This document shows, one piece after another, positions 18,457 to 29,164 of a stretch of 64,000 nt of DNA. The notes beneath the pieces are model-generated. The model made no database searches, had not been told where the DNA came from, and worked only from the letters and a program-made list of their open reading frames with translations. This DNA is from an uncultured Fidelibacterota bacterium. Its GTDB lineage: Bacteria; Fidelibacterota; Marinisomatia; Marinisomatales; UBA1611. A program made the position numbers and the translations under genes. Within the stretch, counting starts at the first letter, position 1. Every line of letters begins with the position of its first letter. The stretch covers positions 9,808 to 73,807 of the forward strand of contig CAJWHW010000008.1 of NCBI GenBank assembly GCA_913040915.1, read 5' to 3'.

Positions 18457-19584
18457 ATGTCAAGATCAGTCATTATTGATGCAGTACGCTCACCTATTGG
18501 TGTGAAAAATGGAAATCTTGTTGGAATTCGCCCTGATGATCTTTCTGCCCAAGTTGTAAAAAGCCTTTTAGAGCGAATCAAATCTATTAAACCTGAATCT
18601 ATCGAAGATCTAATCCTTGGTTGTGCTTTTCCCGAGGGTCCTCAAGGGATGCTTATGGCAAAAAGTGTGGCCATTCTTTCAGGTCTGCCTGAAACAGTTG
18701 GCGGTGCAGTGGTGAATCGGTTCTGTGGTTCATCTATGGATGCTATTCATCAGCTTAGTGCAAGGATTGAGGCAGATGATATCCAGGCTGGTATAGCAGT
18801 AGGTGTAGAAGATATGTTTTCGATTCCAATGGGAGGTTTTAATCCTGATTTTCATCCAGAATTGGCAGAACAAGAATATTACATCGGCATGGGCGAAACT
18901 GCTGAAATATTAGCTGATGAAGGTAATATTAGCCGTGATGCCCAGGAAGAGTTTTCCATTAAATCCCATACAAAAGCGTTGGATGCTTGGGCAAACGGTA
19001 GATTCGATAATGAAGTTGTGTCGATTGATGTTTATGGTGAAGCCACTGTTGAAAAAGATGAAGGGCCAAGAGATCCAAATATGGAAAAAATTAAAAGTCT
19101 GAATCCTGTATTTTTAGAACATGGTACAATCACACCTGCCACTTCAAGTCCAATTTCCATCGGCGCAGCTGCCATTTTAATTACAAGTGAAAAATTTGCT
19201 GAAGCGAATGGGCTGACTTTTCGTGCAACCGTAAAAAGTAGAGCTACTGTAGGTGTAGACTGGAAGAGAATGGGTATGGGGCCCATACCTGCAACAGAAA
19301 AAGCATTAAAGCATGCTGTCCTTTCATTAGATGACATGGATGTTATTGAACTTAATGAAGCATTTGCAGCACAATCTCTTTATGTAATTCAGCAAGGCGG
19401 TTGGGATGCATCCAAAGTGAATTTGAATGGTGGTGCTATTGCCTTAGGGCACCCATTGGGCTGCTCCGGAGCGAGAATAATCACAACACTTATAAACGTA
19501 ATGGAGCAGCAAAATGCTAAAACAGGATTGGCCACAATGTGTATTGGAACTGGTCAGGGCATAGCAACAATATTAGAACGATAG
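18457..19584 (+). CDS. fadA: Acetyl-CoA C-acyltransferase (3-ketoacyl-CoA thiolase)
   Basis: [32 protein letters not shown]. Confidence 0.93.
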   Translation: MSRSVIIDAVRSPIGVKNGNLVGIRPDDLSAQVVKSLLERIKSIKPESIEDLILGCAFPEGPQGMLMAKSVAILSGLPETVGGAVVNRFCGSSMDAIHQLSARIEADDIQAGIAVGVEDMFSIPMGGFNPDFHPELAEQEYYIGMGETAEILADEGNISRDAQEEFSIKSHTKALDAWANGRFDNEVVSIDVYGEATVEKDEGPRDPNMEKIKSLNPVFLEHGTITPATSSPISIGAAAILITSEKFAEANGLTFRATVKSRATVGVDWKRMGMGPIPATEKALKHAVLSLDDMDVIELNEAFAAQSLYVIQQGGWDASKVNLNGGAIALGHPLGCSGARIITTLINVMEQQNAKTGLATMCIGTGQGIATILER

Positions 19585-19592
19585 GAATAGTC

Positions 19593-21938
19593 ATGTCACA
19601 AAAATTTGAAAAAGTTGCTGTATTGGGTGCAGGTGTGATGGGCGCACAAATTGCCGGGCACCTTGCCAATGCGGGAATTCCATCTTATTTATTCGATATA
19701 AATGTTGAGTTGGCTACTCAGGGGGTGGAAACGTTAACTAAACTTAAGCCAGCGCCATTGTATAAACCGAAAAATGCTGACTTAGTTACACCCTGTACTT
19801 ATGATAATGATATTGAAAAAATTGCGGACGTGGACTGGGTGTTGGAAGCTGTTGTAGAACAATTAGATATTAAAGAAAAAGTGTACCAGTCCATCCTGCC
19901 CCATTTAAAAGATTCTGCTATTCTTACATCTAACACTTCTGGTATTCCATTGAAAGATTTAACTGCTCTACTTCCGGATGATTTGAAACAGCGATTTATG
20001 ATTACGCATTTTTTTAATCCGCCACGATATATGCAATTACTGGAACTTGTTCGCGGGGAAAGAACATCAGATAGCACCTACAAAACCATGGTAAACTTTG
20101 GCGAATCCATTTTAGGGAAAGGAATCGTTCATGCAAAAGATACGCCCAATTTTATCGGAAATAGGATTGGTGTTTATGCACTTATGATTACAATGAATCT
20201 AGCAATTGAACAAGATTTAACCATTGAAGAAGTAGATAAGCTCACAGGCACTATCTCCGGTCGACCTAAGAGTGCTACTTTTCGCACATCTGATGTAGTA
20301 GGTTTGGATATATTAAAAAATGTAGCTTTGACCACTTATGATAAAGCCACTGAAGATGAAGAAAGGAATATATTCCAAATTCCTGATATATTGAATCAAC
20401 TAATTGAATCGGGACGTCTAGGCAAAAAAACTAAGTCCGGATTTTATAAAAAGAATAAAGATAGATCTATCTATTCAGTCGATTTTCAAACTGGAGAATA
20501 CTCACCGCAGGAAAAAGTTCGGTTTGATTGTTTCCGCATAGCCAAAGATCACCAAAAACTAGCTAACAAATTAAAAGCTCTTTGCTACGGTGATGACCGT
20601 GGAAGCAAATACTTTTGGGAAATTACAGCTAAATCTTTAATCTATAGTGCAAACCGCATCCCTGAGATCTCAGATGATATTGTCAATATTGATAATGCCA
20701 TGAGATGGGGATTTGCTTGGGAATTGGGACCTTTTGAAAGTTGGGATGCTATTGGTGTTCAAAAATCTGTTGACCGTATGAAATCAGAAGGGGAAAAAGT
20801 GCCAAAATGGGTTTTAGATATGCTAGAAACAGGACGAGAAACGTTTTATAATCTAGAGAATGGTGAACGAACATACTGGTGTCCAATCAGTAAACATCCC
20901 ATTGTAATTGAACAAAATCCCAAAATATTAAACCTGAATATCAATAAATCCAAAGGAACAACTTTAAAGAGGGATCTCAGTGCTAGTATTCAAGATTTAG
21001 GTGACGGTATCTTAAATGTTGAATTTCATTCCATCTTACAGCCAAAATTAAATCCAATAGATGGTTCCTATATTGAAATGATTGGATATGCCCTTGACCT
21101 GATTGAGAATGAGGACTATAAAGCAATGGTTCTTGGACATCAGGGCGCTAATTTTTCTGCAGGTGCTAATTTGAATCTCATCCTCGAATTATGCGAAAAT
21201 CAAATGTGGAAAGAACTAGATTTAGCTGTAAAAACTTTGCAGGATATGACGCAAAGGATTCGTTTTGCTAGTGGACCAATTGTAGCAGTTCCGTTTCAGC
21301 TTGTTTTAGGTGGCGGAGTGGAAATTGTTCAACCTGCAGCACATCGCGTTGCCGCAGCTGAAACTTATATGGGCTTGGTAGAGGTAGGCGTTGGACTTAT
21401 TCCAGGTGGTGGTGGTAACCTGCGTATGATCTTAAACGCAATGGAAGAAGAGACAGGCCGTATGGGGGCATTTCAGAAAATTCAAAAGACATTTGAAACT
21501 GTGGGCTTTGCCAAAATAGCTACAAGTGCGGATGAAGCAAAACATTTTGGTTATTTGAAAAAAGATGATACGGTTGTTTTAAACAAAGATCATTTGATCC
21601 AAACTGCAAAAGATAAAGCATTGGAATTAGCCGAAAATTATGAATCGCCTGTTTATAGAGATGACCTTAAACTCCCGGGAACTGGCGGGAGAACGGCTTT
21701 GAAAATGGCACTAAAAGGATTTAAAATGCAGGGAAAAATATCTGACCATGATATGAAAATCGGTGAAAAGCTTGCTTTTGTCATGACTGGCGGTGACAAA
21801 GCAGGGCTTACAAAAACAGTCGATGAACAATACTTGCTTGATATTGAACGGGAAGCATTCGTTTCTCTATGCGGTGAGAAACTTTCTCAAGACCGTATCA
21901 AGTATATGTTAAAAAGAGGAAAACCACTGAGAAACTAA
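19593..21938 (+). CDS. fadN: 3-hydroxyacyl-CoA dehydrogenase/enoyl-CoA hydratase (FadN-type)
   Basis: GAGVMG, SNTSG, HFFNPPRYM, FSAGANL, GLVEVGVGLIPGGGG, GKPLRN. Start moved to the ATG at 19593. Confidence 0.9.
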   Translation: MSQKFEKVAVLGAGVMGAQIAGHLANAGIPSYLFDINVELATQGVETLTKLKPAPLYKPKNADLVTPCTYDNDIEKIADVDWVLEAVVEQLDIKEKVYQSILPHLKDSAILTSNTSGIPLKDLTALLPDDLKQRFMITHFFNPPRYMQLLELVRGERTSDSTYKTMVNFGESILGKGIVHAKDTPNFIGNRIGVYALMITMNLAIEQDLTIEEVDKLTGTISGRPKSATFRTSDVVGLDILKNVALTTYDKATEDEERNIFQIPDILNQLIESGRLGKKTKSGFYKKNKDRSIYSVDFQTGEYSPQEKVRFDCFRIAKDHQKLANKLKALCYGDDRGSKYFWEITAKSLIYSANRIPEISDDIVNIDNAMRWGFAWELGPFESWDAIGVQKSVDRMKSEGEKVPKWVLDMLETGRETFYNLENGERTYWCPISKHPIVIEQNPKILNLNINKSKGTTLKRDLSASIQDLGDGILNVEFHSILQPKLNPIDGSYIEMIGYALDLIENEDYKAMVLGHQGANFSAGANLNLILELCENQMWKELDLAVKTLQDMTQRIRFASGPIVAVPFQLVLGGGVEIVQPAAHRVAAAETYMGLVEVGVGLIPGGGGNLRMILNAMEEETGRMGAFQKIQKTFETVGFAKIATSADEAKHFGYLKKDDTVVLNKDHLIQTAKDKALELAENYESPVYRDDLKLPGTGGRTALKMALKGFKMQGKISDHDMKIGEKLAFVMTGGDKAGLTKTVDEQYLLDIEREAFVSLCGEKLSQDRIKYMLKRGKPLRN

Positions 21939-21967
21939 TTTTTTATATGAAAGGAATCAAAAACAGT

Positions 21968-23410
21968 TTACTCTATGAATCTATTTTTTAATTCAGGAGT
22001 TGGCACCATACAAATATCTTTTTTCCCAAACCATAAATAGCGATTCCTAGCTATGATTGAATAAATAGAATCCCTACAAAACTTAGGAACTAAAACTAGC
22101 AAATATAGGTAGGGCCACAGTCCATCCAATTTTCTTACGATCTCTAAAAATGCTGTTGATTTATCAAAAGTATCTGACTTTTGCCTTAGTATAATTGTCT
22201 CGTAATCTTTTTTACCAGGCTGAATAACTTGTAATGGAGCAAATTTAAAATAGGCCCCTTTATCTCGCTTAATTACAAATTGAATAAATCCATTACAAAG
22301 ATTACATACTCCATCAAACTCTATAATATTTTTTCCCTTTTTATCTAATGTATTAATAAAACTTAGTTTAGGTTTCTTGAATAAAATATAAATGCTTAAT
22401 AAAAAAGCAATTAAAAGAAATAAATCCTTTAGAGCCAGATTAATGTTGTTAATTGTAGATAGGTGTAAAATATAGATAAGGAGAATAAAAGCAAGAACAC
22501 TAATTAATTTAAATTTATTTAATTTTAGTTCATCAAAAATAGAGTTGAGTTGTTTAATTTTTTCACTTGGAATAATAGGAGTCCAAAAAAGTAAATATAC
22601 AGGCAAGAAATGAAAAGAAATATTAAACATCAACATTACCATACCATGAAAAAAATTTGCTAGTAATGTAAAAAATCTAAATAATACGGGCCTAAAAACG
22701 ACAAGAAGAAAACCAATTTCAAAAATTACTGTAAACCAATCACCACTCTCCCAGAATAAATCAAAATTGAAATGTTCAAAAAATCTAGCCAAATAATCCT
22801 GTTTTTGCTGTATGTAGTAGTTTCTTAAGTAAAAAGCACGAACCATAGATTCAGAAAATTCAAGCCACCCGGAAATCAGCTTTATTAATCCAGATGTGAA
22901 AAATGAGAAACCTAGCCCCATTGCTATTAATGAAATCGGCCATTCTTGGATTTTAATTTTTTCAGTATTATTTACAATATTATCGAGACTAAAGGTTTTT
23001 CCCCAACCTGTAAATGACATCATAAAAAGTGTAAACCAGATAATAAAAGAGTGATCAATTTTTCCAGTGCTATAGATAAACCCATAATTTATGATACAAA
23101 GAAATGCTAAAATAATTCCGCTAACTTTTGTGAAAAAACCTATGAAGACAAAAAAGAATCCAATAGTAATCAATGTATCTGTTATTCTAAAATATATTAA
23201 AGGTAAAACTTCATCAAAAAATAGGCTGAAAAAAGGAGGTGGGTTAAAATAACCATCAGGGAACAAACTTATTTTACTGGAAAATTCAGGTACACCAACA
23301 ATAAAGATCAATAAAAACATGAAAATAATTCTATAAACACCAAGTTGGTATGAGTCACAGCTGTAAGCGTTGAATACCCAATGTTCAAATTTTTTATGTA
23401 GCTGCTTCAC
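21968..23410 (-). CDS. HTTM/SdpB-like membrane protein fused to a DCC (DUF393) thiol-disulfide oxidoreductase domain
   Basis: Multi-TM N-terminal part with GKIDH, FSLD, SGLIKL and FH motifs; C-terminal FDGVCNLCN...RNRYLWFG...C DCC domain. Confidence 0.75.
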   Translation of the reverse strand: MKQLHKKFEHWVFNAYSCDSYQLGVYRIIFMFLLIFIVGVPEFSSKISLFPDGYFNPPPFFSLFFDEVLPLIYFRITDTLITIGFFFVFIGFFTKVSGIILAFLCIINYGFIYSTGKIDHSFIIWFTLFMMSFTGWGKTFSLDNIVNNTEKIKIQEWPISLIAMGLGFSFFTSGLIKLISGWLEFSESMVRAFYLRNYYIQQKQDYLARFFEHFNFDLFWESGDWFTVIFEIGFLLVVFRPVLFRFFTLLANFFHGMVMLMFNISFHFLPVYLLFWTPIIPSEKIKQLNSIFDELKLNKFKLISVLAFILLIYILHLSTINNINLALKDLFLLIAFLLSIYILFKKPKLSFINTLDKKGKNIIEFDGVCNLCNGFIQFVIKRDKGAYFKFAPLQVIQPGKKDYETIILRQKSDTFDKSTAFLEIVRKLDGLWPYLYLLVLVPKFCRDSIYSIIARNRYLWFGKKDICMVPTPELKNRFIE

Positions 23411-23414
23411 CGTA

Positions 23415-23972
23415 CTAAACTTCTATCACACCAATTACTTTTTTGTGTTTTATTTTACCAGATTTGAATAGTCTTGTTATCAAGATTTTCTGAATAATTA
23501 TTTTTGATACTTCTACTTCTCTCTTCATTAAAATTGTTTTTTTGATCCATTCTGTAAATTCTGTTTTCTCTTTATTATCTAATGTGGGGTATCTTACCTT
23601 TATAATGTATTTAGTATATTGATCTTCCCCAATTATTGACTTTATCATTGTGTAATATTTTTTCTGTATACTGTTATAATTTTCTTCAGATTGCTTACTG
23701 AAATATGCTAGATCAATTGCTCGAGCAATTGCTATTTTTGAAAATGGGTAAGCCAATTCTTTTAGTTCAATAGAATCTTTTATACCATCCGTATAATAAA
23801 ATAAATTATAATCTTTTAACGTATATTCTCCTTGATTAATGTCAATCCTAGAAAAGCCAGGCATTATAAATGATGGATAAGGCTCTCTGACAATTAACCC
23901 GTATGCTAGATGCAAAATCAAAAAAAAGGGAAATAAATAAAATAATAAGATTATTGTTTTATTATTTTTCAT
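23415..23972 (-). CDS. Hypothetical membrane-anchored protein, partner of the HTTM gene
   Basis: N-terminal TM followed by EPYPSFIMPGF; 4 nt from the HTTM gene. Confidence 0.6.
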   Translation of the reverse strand: MKNNKTIILLFYLFPFFLILHLAYGLIVREPYPSFIMPGFSRIDINQGEYTLKDYNLFYYTDGIKDSIELKELAYPFSKIAIARAIDLAYFSKQSEENYNSIQKKYYTMIKSIIGEDQYTKYIIKVRYPTLDNKEKTEFTEWIKKTILMKREVEVSKIIIQKILITRLFKSGKIKHKKVIGVIEV

Positions 23973-24136
23973 TTTAACTAATTGAAATTATTTAATCTCC
24001 ATTTTATCCACCATTTGATAAATAATAATTGTATTTTGTGTAATTCATATAAAAACTCTCATTTCTATAACATAAATAGATATAGAAAGAATTCTAATTA
24101 TATGTAAAACCTGATCAAATTCTAATATTAATGTAA

Positions 24137-25345
24137 TTAAAAATGATATTTCAAACCAATTTTAGTATGAGAAAAGTCTTCCATAGTCTGAAACTGAGTT
24201 TCTTCACCACCAATAATTTTTGAAAACGAAAAATTTAATTGCCAATCATTTTTTGGAAAATAATCAGCAGAAAAGCCATATATAAGCTGAGTGTCTTTTA
24301 AATCCGTAAATAAATTTATCTTTAGATCAAGAGCATTATCCATGTGAGCTGATTGGGCCGCAAGTAATAATGCTAAATCTGTAAATGATGCAAAGGGTGT
24401 GCCCATTCCCGGTTTGAAATCAGGCTCTTTTTCAAGCATTGTTTTATCCCAATTTATTACACCATCCATGGATCCAATTACCTGAGCTGAGAGAATGATA
24501 TCATTAGGTGTAGTATAGTCAATTTGTTCAGCATATTGTATGTAAGATACATTATTAAAATATAAAGAGTCTATCTCAAAATCATTCTCTGTTGTAAAGA
24601 ATCCAACCTCAAAACGGTTCGTCATATTACCAATAAAAAAAACACCATCTAAACCAACAACATTAGTTTTTCTATAAGAAAATACTGGAACATTAACATC
24701 ATGTCCTACATAATCAAAAGAACGATCTCTTCCTCTGAAAATTGAAAAACTAAAATCGCCAATATCATTTGTTGTCTGAATTCGAATACCAAATTCAGAA
24801 ACAGTTTCCAATTCTATTAAAGGTGGATGACTAGCAGGAAGCTTAATTGGAAATGCCGTCTCATTAAATGGCATTCGGTTCGGTACGTGCTTTGGAATAA
24901 ATACACCTTCAAATTGCCAATCATTCCAATAATACTTGATTGATCCTGACACATTTCCAACCTTCCTTTCAGCACCGAGAAGAAACATATAATAATAATC
25001 ATAAGGATTTAAATTATCTGTGGGATTGTTTCCATCTACTGTACCCCAAGCATGAATTTGCTTACCGAGTTTTAATTCTCCCCACTCAGGATACCACATA
25101 ATATATATTTCCCTAAATTGAACGTCATTTTCATTGTTGGACCATCGATACTCCAATGCTGAATTAGTTTGTATTTCAAAATCTCCCATAGAATACCCAA
25201 TTTCTACTTCAATCAAACGAAATGGTAGTGAAATCTCAGTCTGATCCGATAATCGATGCATATTTCCAGGCTTAAATGATCCGGTATAATTTAATTGCCC
25301 AAATAATATTGCTATTGGAAAAAGTGACCAAAACAATTTTTGCAT
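24137..25345 (-). CDS. Outer-membrane beta-barrel protein (DUF1302-like)
   Basis: Signal peptide, REIY...GKQIHAWG..D..NPTDNLN motif, C-terminal LKYHF. Confidence 0.7.
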   Translation of the reverse strand: MQKLFWSLFPIAILFGQLNYTGSFKPGNMHRLSDQTEISLPFRLIEVEIGYSMGDFEIQTNSALEYRWSNNENDVQFREIYIMWYPEWGELKLGKQIHAWGTVDGNNPTDNLNPYDYYYMFLLGAERKVGNVSGSIKYYWNDWQFEGVFIPKHVPNRMPFNETAFPIKLPASHPPLIELETVSEFGIRIQTTNDIGDFSFSIFRGRDRSFDYVGHDVNVPVFSYRKTNVVGLDGVFFIGNMTNRFEVGFFTTENDFEIDSLYFNNVSYIQYAEQIDYTTPNDIILSAQVIGSMDGVINWDKTMLEKEPDFKPGMGTPFASFTDLALLLAAQSAHMDNALDLKINLFTDLKDTQLIYGFSADYFPKNDWQLNFSFSKIIGGEETQFQTMEDFSHTKIGLKYHF

Positions 25346-25349
25346 TCAG

Positions 25350-26099
25350 TCAGTCTCTCGGAGTACGCTTGAGATTTTTTTCTTGGAATAATTTTTTGTC
25401 AATACCGGAATCTACAAGAATATCTGAGAATGTAACTTCTGTAGAATGATTTTTTTGAATATCTTTCACAAACACTCTTTTAATTACATGGTATTCTTTA
25501 ATACTCTGAAATGTATATTCTTTAACTTTTTTCAAGCGGCCACGCTTATCATATGCTTCTTCCTTCAAACCTATAAGCGCTGTTTTATCAATCCATGAAA
25601 TATGTTTTGAATAAGAAGATTTTACTTTTTTGATAGGAGTGATTTCTAAAACATAGCAATCTTTGCCAAGAAAAATTTCATCATCCAATCGCTTAAAATT
25701 ATTTTCATCCAAATTCCGACTAGATAAATCTTCATAGCTTAAGTCTGAACCCATAAATGCATCCCCCTTTTTTTTGGATGATATTCGTCTTACTTTCTTA
25801 AAAGCAGGAAGCCACATTCTCATTTCATCATCTTTATCATCATGTTCAATTTTTAAGAATGCTACTCCCTTATCATCTTTCGGCTCCAAAAACCAGATTA
25901 ATTGTTTTTTACTTCCATCAATTGATTTAGACACCATAGTGTTTGTTCTTGTTTTCCCTTTTGAATTAGTCAAAATCATTTTTGTTTTATTGGACATATC
26001 TTTTGGAGTTGGTCTATCATCGATCATCTTTGCAATCTCCAAACCGGATTGTCCAAGTAAATACCCAATGAGAACTGGCAGAGTGATAAACTTCTTCAT
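25350..26099 (-). CDS. LolA-like outer membrane lipoprotein-sorting protein
   Basis: FLEPKDDKGVAFL, WLPAFKKVRRI, FMGSDLSYEDL; start at MKKFI after GGAGGA. Confidence 0.85.
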   Translation of the reverse strand: MKKFITLPVLIGYLLGQSGLEIAKMIDDRPTPKDMSNKTKMILTNSKGKTRTNTMVSKSIDGSKKQLIWFLEPKDDKGVAFLKIEHDDKDDEMRMWLPAFKKVRRISSKKKGDAFMGSDLSYEDLSSRNLDENNFKRLDDEIFLGKDCYVLEITPIKKVKSSYSKHISWIDKTALIGLKEEAYDKRGRLKKVKEYTFQSIKEYHVIKRVFVKDIQKNHSTEVTFSDILVDSGIDKKLFQEKNLKRTPRD

Positions 26100-26134
26100 T
26101 TTTTCCTCCATGAAATTATAGGTTTATTGTTTTA

Positions 26135-26697
26135 TCAACGTATTGCTGCATATGCCCAGGTAAACCCAGCCCCAAATGCAGCCAAAATAAGATGGTCACC
26201 CTTTTTAATCAAACCATCTTCAAAAGCATCACAAAGAGCAATTGGGATTGAAGCTGCAGTTGTATTACCGTATCTATGAATGTTATTGTATATTTTTTTT
26301 ATCCATAGAAATATTCATCGACTTGGCTACTGATTGTATAATTCGCAGATTCGCCTGATGTGGGATAATTAATCTAATATCATCGATAGATAAATCATTT
26401 TTATTCATAGCTTCATTAATCACTTCGGGAAAACGGCACACAGCATTTTGAAATACTTTTTTCCCATTCATATATGGTTCATAGGCTTTGGAATTGTTCT
26501 TCATATTTTCCAAATTGATTTGATTTGCACCAGATGAGCCAGGTCCTTCCATCCAAAGATTTTTAATATTTGCACCATCACAGTGTAGATGAGTTGATAA
26601 AATTCCTTCATCATTATTAGTCGCCTGAATTACTGCTGCACCGGCACCATCACCGAAAAGAACGGCAATATCCCGCCCTTCCGTAGATCCCTTTTAT
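26135..26697 (-). pseudogene. fabH: Truncated, frameshifted 3-oxoacyl-ACP synthase III remnant
   Basis: Only the C-terminal half is present (LFGDGAGA, MNG..VF, PHQAN, then GNTTAASIP...GAGFTW in another frame). Shift falls in an A8 run at 26293-26300; no ATG after the SD AGGAGT; catalytic-Cys half is missing. Confidence 0.8.
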
Positions 26698-26714
26698 GGT
26701 ACTCCTAATCATAT

Positions 26715-29030
26715 TTACATCTTCTTAATTAATTTTTTCTTTAATAATTCTGCCAGGGCTGAAAGTACTGTTAATGTTCCAAGTGAAGTAGAGACCATGG
26801 CAAATACCATTAATCCACCAATATATTGGATAGGTATAAATACAGAAAATATTAATGCACCAAACCCCATATTTGAACACGCATCTAATATGATTGGATA
26901 TCCGACATCATCAATCACTTCACGACTCAGTTGCTGGGGATTGATCTCCTTTGATAATCTACGAAATTGCGAAATATAATGAATTGCAAAATCAACACCC
27001 ACACCAATAATAATGGATGACAAAATTGCAGTTATATGATTCAGCGCTACATCGAAATGTCCCATTAATCCAAAGTTCAGGATTACTGCAGATGATAGAG
27101 GAACCACAGCTAAGAAACCCCAAATGACCCGCTGAAAAAATATTGAAGCGATAACTCCAATAACAATTAATGAAAAAATGATGCTTAGAGCTGTTGATTT
27201 TATTATCATTATTACCATATCACGAATAACAATAATCATTCCTGTTACAGTTAAAGTCATATCAGATGTCAAATTATTATCAATATATGTATTGATTTCA
27301 TTAGCATACTGGAATATTTCATCAGTACTCATTATTTTAGCCAATATGGTTAGTAATCCTGTTTCATAATTCATATCATCCACAATAGATGAATAATCAT
27401 TTGAAAATCCTCTTATCAAGTTTTTTATTTTTGATGCTGAATCAGGAATCGTGTAATAGGTAAGTTTGTCATCCATAAATGTGCGATGCATTTGTTTAAC
27501 TATATCGGCAAATGAATAACTTAAGGAGACTTTTTCTTCTTTTTCGAGAAAGGACTGAAGTCGATTCAAATCATTAAGTACTTGCGGATCTCGCATATCA
27601 CCTTCTATTCTAACTCTTAGGTCTAACGTACCTGTCATTTCACGATCCATGAAATCCATACTGTCACGAATTTCCGTTCCAGGTTTAAAAAAATGGGCTA
27701 TGTTTACATCAACGTATATTTTTTGAAATCCAAATAACCCAAACATCACTAAAATAATTCCAATTGAAAAAACATATTTTGGATGGGTTAATACCACTTT
27801 CCCTAAACGATCAATCAATTTTTCAAAAAAACTTATTTTTTTAATTGCTTTTGATTCCATATCCCAATTCTTAATAGAAATAACCGCAGGAAGAAGTAAA
27901 GAACTGAGAAAACATGCCCATAGAATTCCTACAGAAACAGTTATACCATATCCAATCAAAGGTTCCATTGGAGAAAAAATCATTGTCAAAAAAGCGACTA
28001 CTGTGGTAATACTTGTTAAGAATATTGGCAGGAGTAAAGAATCCATGGTTGATACTAATGCTGTATTCAGATCACCTTTTAAACGCATTTCCTTGAAAAA
28101 TTTTGAAATTACATGAACACCATCAGAGTTTGCTATTGTCAATAAGATAATTGGCATCGATGTATGCATCATTGTAAATAAAAATCGATCTGACTCAGTG
28201 AATTTGTATACCCAACCCATAAAACCTATCATAGAGACCAATGATAATCCAATTACCATTAAAACCATTAGTAAACCAGGAATACTTCTTAGGTTTGATA
28301 ATAGGATCATTACCATGATTAAAAGACCAATTTTTATCAGAGACTGAACATCTTTTCGAATTAATGAAGGTACTGTACCTGTAACATAGGCTGTGCCGCC
28401 ATAATGGACCTCATAGCTCTCCAAAATCGTTCCTGTAGCCTTTACTAATTCATTCCGGAATTGATCTAGGCCTAAATCATCGTAGGGTTGTACCATGACA
28501 ATGATGTAATCTTCATTCCGACTGATGAATTGCTTCTTCAAATTCGGATATTTATTTAAATAATCCCGAATGCCCATAATTTCAGTTTCTGCTAATTCAC
28601 GATTAGGCTGTAAATCCTGTATGATTAACTCACCTTCCTCATTGTCCATCCGCATCGAAGTTGAAATACAGGATACTTTTTCTACTACTGATAATGCTTC
28701 CAACTCTAAGACTAAATCCCAAAGTGTGCCTAAGGCATCTGGATGATATATTGAACGACCCTCATTCCCAAATGCTACAAAAATAACTTCTGTACTCCCA
28801 AACTCATCCTGTAAAGAATCCCAAGCCTGACGTGACTGAAGTTTTTTAGGAAGCATTTTCATCATATCATCATCTATAACTAAATATCTTATCCCCGAAG
28901 CCATAAAAAAAGTAGCCAGCAAAGATACAATAATTGATCTGACAGGATAATGTATACTTTGGTAAATGATCCGTTGTCTTATGGGATGACTGGAATATTT
29001 ATGAATCTTAGTGTTACTAGTTTTTTTCAA
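26715..29030 (-). CDS. MMPL/RND family transporter
   Basis: Two TM repeats; IANSDGVH, LTSITT, GVGVDFAIH. Confidence 0.9.
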   Translation of the reverse strand: MKKTSNTKIHKYSSHPIRQRIIYQSIHYPVRSIIVSLLATFFMASGIRYLVIDDDMMKMLPKKLQSRQAWDSLQDEFGSTEVIFVAFGNEGRSIYHPDALGTLWDLVLELEALSVVEKVSCISTSMRMDNEEGELIIQDLQPNRELAETEIMGIRDYLNKYPNLKKQFISRNEDYIIVMVQPYDDLGLDQFRNELVKATGTILESYEVHYGGTAYVTGTVPSLIRKDVQSLIKIGLLIMVMILLSNLRSIPGLLMVLMVIGLSLVSMIGFMGWVYKFTESDRFLFTMMHTSMPIILLTIANSDGVHVISKFFKEMRLKGDLNTALVSTMDSLLLPIFLTSITTVVAFLTMIFSPMEPLIGYGITVSVGILWACFLSSLLLPAVISIKNWDMESKAIKKISFFEKLIDRLGKVVLTHPKYVFSIGIILVMFGLFGFQKIYVDVNIAHFFKPGTEIRDSMDFMDREMTGTLDLRVRIEGDMRDPQVLNDLNRLQSFLEKEEKVSLSYSFADIVKQMHRTFMDDKLTYYTIPDSASKIKNLIRGFSNDYSSIVDDMNYETGLLTILAKIMSTDEIFQYANEINTYIDNNLTSDMTLTVTGMIIVIRDMVIMIIKSTALSIIFSLIVIGVIASIFFQRVIWGFLAVVPLSSAVILNFGLMGHFDVALNHITAILSSIIIGVGVDFAIHYISQFRRLSKEINPQQLSREVIDDVGYPIILDACSNMGFGALIFSVFIPIQYIGGLMVFAMVSTSLGTLTVLSALAELLKKKLIKKM

Positions 29031-29164
29031 TTTCTTTCACGCCATTATGGTTAATTGAACCTAAAATACCAACGCCAATAATACTACTAGGAGATTTTCT
29101 ATTGTTTGAAAATGTTTTAATGAAAAAAAATTTTGACCAAGATTTGAATTAAAATAATGTATAA

